Source: Balanoglossus misakiensis
Lineage: Eukaryota > Animalia > Hemichordata
DNA: 64,000 bases
Direction: 5' to 3'
Assembly: GCA_040954595.2 (NCBI GenBank)
Contig: CM082578.2
Location: 17,936,728 to 18,000,727 of the forward strand
A program made the position numbers and the translations under genes. Positions 30,001 through 42,000 of this stretch are shown here, in pieces. The notes below the pieces were generated by a model. The model was not told the origin of the DNA and made no database searches. It saw nothing but the letters and a program-made list of their open reading frames with translations. Position 1 is the first letter of the stretch. The number at the start of each line of letters is the position of its first letter.

Positions 30001-33000
30001 CCCAGAGCACATTGGAATATGATATGCACGATTGCACACAGACAAGGATAACATAATTATTCCAAATCATTTCAACACAGTAAGGAGAATTTACGCTTTA
30101 ATTTGAGACACTTTTTGTCGGACACCCGGGTGATGACGTCACTGGCGCCCATTTTGAATAACTGAAGGCACACACAAAAATAGCACCAGATTCACTTAGT
30201 GCGGAAGTAAATGAGCGGCACGCTTCTCTCCATTATTGGGCCCTTTGGACGTGTCTACGCAACAGGCAGTGCAGTAAATGATTTCTTGCTAATTCAGCGA
30301 AAACAGTGAATATTGCCATGGCGTCTTCAGTCTGATTGTTTGCCCAGGTTTTTTGAGCGCTTGTGGATACGCGGTTCATCCATGGTTTGAAACTGATTAA
30401 TCGAAGATGTCTTTTGACATTCAGATTGGCGCGGGTTTTTCCCTCTGAATCTGAATCTGATTTCCACACGAGGTGTGACGAGATTGTTGGCCTCCATCAT
30501 TTGTTGAGCTTTTGACCGACATCAAAACAACAGCAGACTTTCAACTTCCCGCATCGTCACATTTCACCACATCTCCGATTATTAGCGTGTCTGTGGGGTT
30601 AGGTCCAAATCAAAAAAGTGTCCATGCAAAAATTGGAATTACCACAGTGTTACATTAATTGCCCGATGCTGCTTACATTCGTCTACAGCACATTACATTA
30701 CTACATCTCAGACACTCGTCTGTTCCGAAAGCGTCCCAAACCAATTTACATCACCCTACATTGAATAATGGAATCGCGCAATAATGGATTATCTCGTGCA
30801 CCGTGACTGGCAAGAAGACAATAACGAGTCGCAGTTGACAGATGTTGCATATTAATGAAGTAATAGCCAATGGCGGGAATTTTAGCACATAAATACCACC
30901 TGTCGAGAGTTACACAATTAACATGACCCCACAATTCTGTATATTTATAAAGGAACATCGGAAAGTCGTCACGCTGAGTCGACTTTGATTAGTGAATAGT
31001 ACCTTCCGCAATAAAACTTAGTCTTAATCGTGGAATTATGTGAGTGTTTGTGATATTGGAATTTTAGGGATAAATAATTCAATTCAATTTCTTTCCTGTT
31101 TTTTTCATATGCGTGATATATTTCATATAAGTTTTCCTTTTCGCTGTGACGTGGTCTTGAGTGTGCCACAGTGAAATATGACAACAGGTGGTTGTTTTAA
31201 TTAATTGCTGTCTTTCATGCATTTGTTCTAATTAATTAACAGTCACCTTATTTGGTTACTTCTAGGCGAAGACGCAAAATTCACCGATGAGGCAGAGTCC
31301 GAAAGTTTTAGTCACCCACGTCGATGACAACGAATCGGTAGATAGTCCTTTCCCAACAGACAGCCTTCACAGTAAGTTATAAACAACCTCGATCATATAC
31401 CATTGTTGTCGTTGAAAACTGATTTTTTGAAAGGGAAACTGCCTTAAAGAGAGACACTGTGCCTTTCGTGACATGTCCAAGAATGCCGTTCAAAGGTTTC
31501 GTGTCCACAAAGACGACCCCCCTGCAATAAGCGTTAACGAGTTTCGAGTACATTCGTGGATTCATACAGCGATCGTCTGTTTTGACATTTCCACGTAGAC
31601 GATGTTGTTTAGATCGACATATACTCAGACACGTATCGCAAATCAACTTCTGACCTCGCTGTCGGCTTCTGTGGCATTTTCACAAACTCGGCGCATTTAC
31701 TCAATAGACAATCTCAATGTCTATGTCTAGATCTCCTTTATTTGGAGCCATCATGAACCACAGTCCCTATACAAGAATGGTGCTCACGCGCTACGCATAC
31801 CTGTCAATCATAAACAGTCGATAATGATTTACCCAAACTTTCACAGATATGCTGTTAGTATTAATACAGAATTCTGATGTATGTTTACCGATAAGCACAC
31901 ATTTATTTGGCGCCATTATAGAAATGTGGAGCAAAAACATTAATGAAGGTTATTATTATCATAATCATATCATTATTGCATAACATTTTACTGTTTTGAA
32001 AATACTTAATTAGCTCCATTGAACAAACTCGCCTCAAACGTTACTCTGGTCGATGCGAACTTAATTTAGTCATATTTTGGAACGCATGGGACTTAAATTT
32101 GTGAACTTAGTAAAATATCATCTCCCCCGGCACAAAACAACACACTGATAAATTATCTATTCCAACTACACTCTGTGTCCTAATCTCATACCGGCTTTGT
32201 CCTTAGGGTATGGGCAAGATTTTCGTATTACACCCCGCAGCAATGATGACTCCAAATGCTGAGGTTCTTTGCTAATATGTACACAAACGGCAACTGTGGC
32301 ACCTAGTGCCATCAGCGCACAGAATGTTATGACCACTATTTACTCAACCATGTAATTTATACTTCTCACATACAAGGCTCCAGACCTGTCGAGGGGCTTA
32401 CGTGGATTTACTTTGAAGTGTACGGGGGGAATACATGATTTATGAGACGTCATCACTGACGTTTGAGCAATTCACTTTACATATTTACTTTATGGAAAGT
32501 TGGGAGTTTAACTACCTGCCGTTAAAGGTGTGAAAATTCGCTTGAAGCCAGAGGAGATTTGACAGTTAGTTAACCTTCAGTGCGGTTTTTGTCCGCAGCG
32601 TGTAAAGAGACACAAAATGCAAGCCGGGGTTGGAATGCCTTAACAATAACGAGATTTCGTCACGCAGTTTCACAAAACCAACTATTTTGTGATTTATTTT
32701 TTCCAGGCTCGCAGGAATCGCTGGTCAGCGAGGCAAGTTCGCTGACCGTGCCTTTACCGGACACGTTGCAAACAAGGACTGCATACCGCAAAGAAAGTAT
32801 GGTAAGTCAACAGGCGGAGACAATTCAATCAGCGTGAAAGTTTTCGTATAGGGGTCATGTGACAGAGCTGATGGGTTCGTATTATCTACAATCATGATTG
32901 TAACATCGAAATTACGGTAGCTTTAATTGGTTTTTGTTTTGACAACTAAACATGCTATATAGTCAGGATAAGCGCCTCCTATCAAAATAAGTAAAAAAAA

Positions 33001-36000
33001 CTGTCTGATATCGATACTTAGGATATTAAGGTCAGGGCCGGTGTTTATTCTGTATTTTCCCGCACCCCAAGAAACCTAACTATCCCTTGGTGATATTTCT
33101 TACTGTTGGCCCTGCCGGTATTGCGACTGTTGAGAAGCAGCAGCAGTTTTGCACTGTATCCCGCCAGGAGTGACGTCACACACACGCGGCCCTCAACAAT
33201 GAAACGCAAACTGTGCTACTTTCAATTCATGTTTACAAAATACGAAACCAATGTAAATATGCATTCAATAGTTTTCAAGAAGTCGATTCTCAACATGCGC
33301 TGCACCCCCGCGTACCTCGGGCACAATACACGCGGCGTATGTGACTCACCAATGGTTGCTATCTTTATTTTGACTGTATATGAAAATTGATGGTTCGACA
33401 ACCGAAAACACAGCAGAAACCGTCGAAATTTGTGCCAAAGGTGGTCAGTTTGTCTCCCGTCACGTCATACCTGAGCAAGAGCTTTGTACGTAGGAATTTC
33501 ACCGCCTCAGACACAATTATAGCAGTTGTCTGAGTTCACTATCCGTGTACTAAACAGTGATAAGAGACATTAGCACCTCAGCACGGTTGTTTTTTCTTTG
33601 GGGACACATTACCGATTGGTCTGCAGAATTATTATTCTGGACTCGAAGCACTTTGCCATCGGCACGCTGTGTTTGCAGCAAGTCGATTAATTGCTTTTAG
33701 AAACCAAACATCTGATCTAGCATTCTCCTCAAAGAACGAACATCTGGTGTGAATTCCTCGGTAAATACATGAAAATCCAGTGAGACTAAAGTTTCAATTT
33801 TGAAAGAATGCGAACACCAAATGTGAACCGATCCAGTGTAATGTATTCGGCACAACTAAATGAGCGATCGAAATGGTCAGCTGACATGCCTGCGGTAGCA
33901 CAAAGTTAATGATTGCTTTGGATGTTTTATAAATCGTTCCAGTTGTGCAATGAATATGACAGAAAAAAAACCTATCTGCCCTTCATCATTACGGGGCTCT
34001 TGGTTTAGAGTTGTCAGTTTTAGCGACTCGTAAGAAAAAAAAGACTCGCGTGATTTATTTTTCAGCGATCTATGCTCGGTTAAACCTTGTAATTGCTGGT
34101 TTTTGGCTCGCCATCACTATGGCAACCACAGGGTCGCAGACCGGCCATATTGGGAAATTTTATACAAATACGAACGTGGGCAACGTGCAGTGCCTTGTGT
34201 TGACGTTATAAGTAGCGGAATCTTATGTATATTTACACTGAAGGGTTCTTGAAAGTGAAGTGGGAGCGCGAATGTTGTGCTGTACGTGTTGGCTTTCATA
34301 ACGAGGTATGAAAACACGCATTACCTCAAGAAATAAATCTCGCAGAACCCAGGAAGAATTCAAACTCTGATTGCAATTATATAAAAACGTGTATCGGATA
34401 TTATTACGGAATGTATTTTTCCATGCTGGGAATAATTTCAAAACGATTAGCTCTGCTCGTGCAAGTCGATAAAATCATTTCGACAGACAACGCATTATAT
34501 AGACGACAATGTATGCAATACCAAAACAGAGAGCCCGCCTCTAACTGTTCCGTCTCCTGTTAATCACCTTTCATCACGGACAGACAACAAGGGCTGCAAA
34601 TCGAAAGTTCACATAATCTGGAAGATCACGCGGTACTAATACCGAAATATTGACTGAAAGTCTTGCGTCATAGTCTAACTCGGATGATCCCCTACTAATT
34701 AAGACTCTAGCATTTCTGCATTTCAAGTTGCGCTTTTACTGTCCATGAATAAAAATCATCCAATTGCCAGAGAAGGGCGATACACGAACTGCTCGTCTTT
34801 TGAAGCTACCTGATCAACTGCCATTAAGTAGGTTCAAAATCCTAGTGATACGTAGAGCATTAGTACACCAAGTGTGTCAACTGAACAAACAGGGGAAAAA
34901 ATAAACACTGAACTGTACTTTTAGGATCCGTAGATTTCGTCTCTTGATCATCGTCCGACCACTTTACTTGCCGCGACAAATACATTTTTATCACAGAAAA
35001 AAAGCGTGAAAATTTCAGTTATTCGACCACATTGCACTAAGTTTGCTGTTCACTAATCATTTGCGGCTTGTTCACAATTTTATAAACTATTTTAACTTGT
35101 TGTAAAAAGGAATATTTTTAAAGTTTTTTTTTCTGTTTATTTTCCAACGACAATTGGCTAAACGATGAGAAACACACACAAGGAATAATTAGTTGCCTTG
35201 GACTCAGGGTCTCTCCCGCACGTACCGTCGGCTCGGTTTATGTCAAATTCGACTCTTTCGCTCGGGGGAAATTATAAAAAGTAATATCACACACATGTTT
35301 TTGAAAGGAAAATCTCGGTCAACCACTGCCAACTAATCCCGAATGATAAAATGGGTTATCTCGCCTTTATCTAATCACGTTAAGTAGAAATCCCCATGTA
35401 TGAAGGTGAATCTGAAAAGTACATGGACGGGTTATCGAATAACAAGGTCGGCATCACCTGTTTTGAGATGGACTGCCTCTACATAAATACAGATGCATCA
35501 TAACTGATTGTGATGGTAGAAACGCTACATGGTTTGGTGAAGGCATGTATAGTTAGAGGCCTGTGACGAGCAGTTATTAAAGATAGCGCGGGTCTATCGC
35601 AGTTCCACACTGTGAAAGACTGAAACATGATTAGCAACGGCCAGGCTGAATAAAATGGTAGAATTCATAATTTCTAGAGTTGACATTTGGAATGCCAGCA
35701 TGGTCGTTCTCGAGTTGCAGTCCGACCTTTCAAATCATATCTTCTGGTTTCCTCCCCGTCATCGTCACCAACCTGATTTTCTTTTGAAGTGGGAAGCACA
35801 GCGCGCGCTCGTGGAAGAAGTCATGTGATAGACATGACGACAGCAGCCTTAAGACTGTTTTTGTCGCCGCAATAGAATAATGTGGAGGTATCGTCTCTTA
35901 TCTCTCTCGCTGGTTCCGACACCTGCTGCGTGTGTATCGATTACCTGTGTGGAAACTTTTTCTCGCGTGTATGTAATTAGACCAGAAGCTAATTCCATCC

Positions 36001-39000
36001 CGGGCATGTGAGAATGGGACTGGGGGAACGCGATTGAATAATTTTTAGTAAAAGAAGTTCGCGCCCCGACTGCCCTGGTGTGCATTTTTAATGGAAGGAT
36101 TAGCCGAGGTTGTAATCGATGATTTGAACATTTGTTGGGAAAAGTACCAGAGACAGTCTATTCAACAGGAGGGAAATTTGAGGATTATATGAAACAAGAA
36201 AATGTCTTGTACTTTCGCGAAAGAGATGCGTTTCTTTGTTGTTGTTGTTGTTTTTTTTTTTTGGTTAATGACATTATTAGGTCAGCGACTTTAGAGAGGG
36301 TAACGTTTCAGGCCAACGACACCTCAATTCAACAAGATTGTTAATTTCTCGTCATAATTTATGTATTTGCTCTCTACAGGTTAAATATTCATCGGGATCC
36401 GAAAACCCATCTGACGAGGAGGATGAGATTCGTCCGCCCCCATCGGCATTTCGGAGGCGACGAGGGGCTATGACGTCAGAGACATTACGCAATACTTTAC
36501 AAGTGGAGGTGAGCGGAAATTGTCTTGATTCTTCTCGTCCCTCGGCTATTTAATATTTGTCTGTTTTGGGAAATTGTAATCACTAGAGATACCTCACTTG
36601 AATATGTCACCTTGCCGTGGAGGTGGATTTTTCAATATCCGTCTCCACAGAAACTGGGGATTTTACGTGGGAGGACGCCGCACTGAATAGTAACTGGAAT
36701 TGTAATTTAAAATCAAACCTAGTGGCTTTCATAAGCTTTGAAAGGCAGGCAGGCAGACTGACTGACTGACTGACTGACTGACTGACTGACTGACTGACTG
36801 ACTGACACTGGTTGTAACAGATTTGTGAACATGACATGTAACCATAGTGATGAGATCTACAAATGTATGTACCCCAATGATACTCTAGAGAATCACACGT
36901 TTTTCTCATCTTTTGATCACAGAACTCTCTCCCGGAGGAATCTGAAGGCAGTCGTGGGTACGATTAAATTATTTGCGATAATTTATAAAAGGTCCCTTTC
37001 TAAAGATTACTTGATATTTATAAATCATTTTAATATCTACCCCATGGGATTTTGAAAGAAAGAATTCTTGGATAATGAGATGGTATGTTTCGTATATCTG
37101 AACTCGTGTAGAGGAATAAAGGTGCGAACAAAAACACTTGTGATTCGGGTTTTTTAAGCACAGACGTCCGCGATTATATTTCTTCACAGTTTGAACTCGA
37201 TATGTGCGTCGCATTAAACACTCTCTGCTCCAGTAATGTAAGCTTACAGCGGCAGTGTTTGCAACCACAGAGAGAGGAAATCGATCAATTATTGCAACAA
37301 CATTCAAAGTTTCTCTACTCACTGTGACACATGTCACGACTTTCGTGACCACCACAGTAATTAGGGTCAAACAGCACACAGCTTGGCTTTGATCTTGAAC
37401 TTGACATTAATGAATATATTTCTGTTAAATATTCTAGAATCGAGTCTCGTCGGCCAAGTGCTCACATCGTTAGTTTACCCTCACTCAACATATCACCTGG
37501 TGACCTTCACGTTGTCGACGGTGTCACAATACCCGGTCTTGAATCAGGCACAAGTCAGGTGTTAGCAAGTAAGTGCGCAATGAAGTACTTGATTTCTACA
37601 TTGTGCGGGCATCCACTGCTCAAGTTTTTACCGTTTCTCACCTCATCAAAACACATCCAAGCCAAATTACAGATTGAACTCCTACTAACCACGTTGAAGA
37701 CTAAACATCAAACCAAGTTGAACCTTGCAACCCGTTTAAATTAACATTTTCTGCACTGATTTGCTAATTGTCTTCCTTGGTAATATTCCAGCTGAACGGA
37801 CAAAGTCCGCTGTGACTTTTCTCTCTAAAGTGGTGTCATAGTTATAGGCGCTTGTGTTTCTTCGTGGCCCAATAAACTTCTGAATATGTATAAATAAGGT
37901 AGTAATTGTAATTGATGTGCGATGACAGACGCATATGGACAGACATTCTTACGGCCGGTGGGGGTTTCTTCTGTAGTATTTAGAAGGAAATCAGAGATCA
38001 TTGTTCAGATACTAGTGACAATAATTAGCTGTTTGTAGTAATGACGTCATTTTCCTGTCGTTCTTCTACGTGAAGGCTTGTCAGCAGGATATTTTTCAGG
38101 TAAATGAAATGGCAGTCCACGCATGCGTGTGAATATTCAAATGCGATACTCACCCTGCATGCAATAATTCATAGCTTATAAACTTACGCCACTACATTCA
38201 CTAACACGTTCAAACTCCGACCGATTGTTGTCATGGCGGGAAAATATCCCCTCTGATGAAAGATGAATTTTGTTTTGGCTTTTTATGTCATACCTATGTT
38301 TACAAACACCACATTGTATCATTTCAAATTAACCGCAAAATAACATTTGAACTTTCCTCGACGCCCTAACATTATTGAGTGACCTCTGAATTTCCCATCT
38401 TGTCCAAATCTTAATGAGAAAGTCGTCTGACTAAGGTCTCCATCTTTCACCCTAACCAGAATGTTTTCTAAAAAGTCTTACATTTAATCCTTTGTGTGAC
38501 AAACACTGTAGATTCTAGAACTTTTAACAAGTTTGATACACAATTAAAGTGTTTTTTTTTGTATGACGGACTTCGACAAGAACTTTTTTCTAGAGAACAA
38601 TTTCCCTTTTTCAGGTTATTTACAAGGAAGGTCGGAAGTATACGATTCATATCAGAGTCTAACCGACGGCCAGGAGGGTAAGACGATTCTCGAGTCCCAT
38701 ATCCCCAAAGGTCACAATTCACGAAACGTTTAAATTATGATTCTTGTTCGGGTGGAAGTTTGTGGGTTAATGAAATACGGAACAGAGGGCTTGGCGCTGA
38801 TGTAGCTTTCTTCCTTCAAGCTAACAACACTGAATGATGACGCATACACATTAACTTGTGACGACTGCACATGTAATGGCGATGCACTGGTTAACCGGCA
38901 AAGAATGACCAACAATAATGCTCACAAGCTGATTAAAGCACAAACAAATACAACTGGCGAGACATCTCCCTGTACCCTCAAAACAAAAACGCCTCTATAC

Positions 39001-42000
39001 AAACTCTTACCATTAGTATGTTTTTTTACTCTTTCTTTCTTTTCATCGCAGAATCTAAGAAGTCATCTCGGTCCTCGTGGACGTTGCGGAAAACTAAGGT
39101 AAGAGCGTTGTGTAACAAGCAACAAACAACATCCATGATCAATAAATAAGATGCGAAAATCTGTTATTGGTTAGATTGCTACTTTCCAATTGCAACTGTG
39201 ACTCAACTTTCATGAAACAACTTAAAGTCCAACAGCACCAGTGATATATATCTATCAAGACAAGTGTTTTATGGTAGTGACGTAAGAGTTGTATTTTTTT
39301 CTTGCAGAAGGAGAAAGAGAAGGAGAGAACTTCTTCACTAGAGGATTTGAGTCAAGTTTTAAATAATATCAAAATCAAGGAAATTGATGACTTTGATTTT
39401 GCCAAGTACAAGGTAATTTTTTGTCTACACTGTTTCTCTGTCGTAGAACTAACTTAGTTTGATATGTGGTTTGATATAGAATGTCGACTGCCGTAGTTAC
39501 ATGCATCCACATTTATTCGTTGTGTACGACCTGTCGGCCAAAATGTTTCATAACTTTTCATAAAGTTTTTTGTAGCATTTGTCGGCTCTACATTAATCAT
39601 CAGGTTGGCTCATTTATCGAAAACTGGATACAAAAAAATAGAAGGGCGAACTTTCATCGTCACCATGGAAACTGCACGCCCGCCAACCTTTGAAGACCTT
39701 CTCATATTCGGAATACCACATTTTGTGGACTTTGTCTTACAAAACGAAATTTTAAATTCATCTGTCAAAAGGCCTATTGTTCTGTATTCCTCAACACAAA
39801 CACAGAGAACGAGAACACGTTTAGACAAAGGCTGTCATGGGGGCAGCGGGACCGTCCCTGCGTCATTAACTTCGTCTATGTCATTAAATTCGAAGTAATT
39901 TCACTGCGTTTAGAATATCTAACAACCTGCAGAGTGCGAAGATGAATTGGCGGGTAAATGGGATAGATTTCAAAGCGGGCTCTTTTGCAATATACTTGCT
40001 TAGTAATTTATCTCCTTTGGATGGAGTATTTTCCTATATGTCAATTTCCTCCTACTCGGATTAAATCCTTTGGCATAATTCATTGCACAGTTCCTTTACA
40101 AATTGCATATACAGCGCTATATATTTATAACTTTTTTTCTTCCAAAGGGTATGCATTGGAGTGAGTTCTTTGGCTTGGACAAAACACACTCGCCAATTTC
40201 AGAAACGGAACTGAAGCGCCGCGAAGCAGTATGGGAATTATTCAAAGGCGAATGTGTCTACCTTTTGGACCATCTAATGGTTCTTCGCAATGTAAGTAAA
40301 TAAAAACATGTTTAATAATCCTTTTTTGTTTATCAAGTAGTTCATCAACAATGGGCATCATTTAGATTCTCCGAACATGTGGTTGAATGTAGTCAAAATT
40401 CGTTTTTGTCGGCTGTTGAGTTCTTTCTGTAAGCGAATCGTTTAATAGAAAATCGACTACACTGTCAAACATTCTTCAAGAACATTTACAGGTACAGTTC
40501 CACTAAAAAGCCACAATTCTCACACTCTTTTGTTGCAAATACTTTGTAACCCCCCCCCCCCCACCTCCATTCTCAGGTATTCCTAGAATCCATCAAAGAT
40601 GTCCAATGCGAAGGCCATCTGATGTTCGTGGAACCATCCAAGCTTTTTGCTAATTTGGACGAACTTTGTCAGGTAAATGGAGTTCATACTATTCCAGCTG
40701 CGAGCCTATTGATCACTGTGCAAAGCATCTGGTATGATATATGCACGAGTATGCAAATATTGAGTCACAAATCACTACAAAATATGTTACCTGAGTGTAT
40801 ACTAAGACGTGACGTATTTTACGTTCGGGAATTCGTGAAGTAGTGCTGCGAGGGCTTTGAAATCTAGGCACCGTTATATTAAATCTCGTTGAACTTTGGA
40901 ATATTTATTTAGCTTATGGCTTCAGTTTTATTTTAAGAATTTGGCACCCGCAAATGTCAAGATGCGGGTTTTATTCGGGTTCCATGCATATATCTCATGT
41001 TTGATGGATGTCGTGGTTGACGATGTACTGTTAGCTTGTGTTAGATGTTTATAAATCCACAGTTTTGCGATCATTAATTTGTGTGTAGAGGAGGTTCACA
41101 AGTTAAGAGGCAGTAACCAACTTTAATTGCTGTTTTGTGAGGCGCCAAATTTGTGTTTCAAATGTAACAAAATTACCAGGCACCGCTCCTGGTTCTTCTT
41201 TGGGAAACAACAATGATTACCGCCATTAAGGACTTAAGCATACGTCGAATTCATTTGACAAATTGCCATACTTTTCATCAAGGCCGGTTCTGAGTTTATG
41301 AAAAGAAATCTAACCTCAGAAAGGTCTTTTTTTCAGTGCATTTAATCAACGACTATAAAACCAATGATATACGTTTTCATTAAATATTGTTTAAATTGAA
41401 TAAATCGCGTTTGACACCTTGATTGAAATTAATCGAGAAAATTCCCGATAATATATGACAGAAAAGCTTTTAAAATATTCCTTTCTTCATAAAAGTAGTA
41501 AACCATGTAACATGTGGGAGATTTGACGAAGGCGAGTTCACATACTTGATGAAACGTCTGGGCACAAGCTGTGCCCAGACTGAGATTTACTGCTGTGGTA
41601 ATTTTGATGAAAATTCAACATTTGTACACCAAATGTCACCATGTATCACCCCTTTATTGCGTCAAACTACGCGCTAGAACAATGACATCTCATAACTACT
41701 CTGTCTTTGTGGGTTTTCCCCGCCAAAATCCCTGACCCCTTGTTTGAATTTTCCCTACAGGTCACCGTCACATTTTGTCAGTTGTTGGAGCGACTGTTGT
41801 CCAACCAATCAAACGCTGGAGACTTCGGGAGAACGGAATCTATTGTCACTGCATTTACAACTGTAAGTGTGCAGGCTGTCAGAAAAAAACACGGTTTATC
41901 AATTTATCAGTAATGACAGTATGTGTGATTATTTCAGTACCAACACGAATCCACAGTTCATGCCGGTGGCCGACATATGTACACTTTAAAATTAATAGAT

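Noticed and set aside
41556-41580. Short perfect palindromes (also 5840-5868 and, imperfect, 272-305)
   Set aside because: Stems of 11-13 bp without TSDs, copies or context; not distinguishable from repeat relics or chance.
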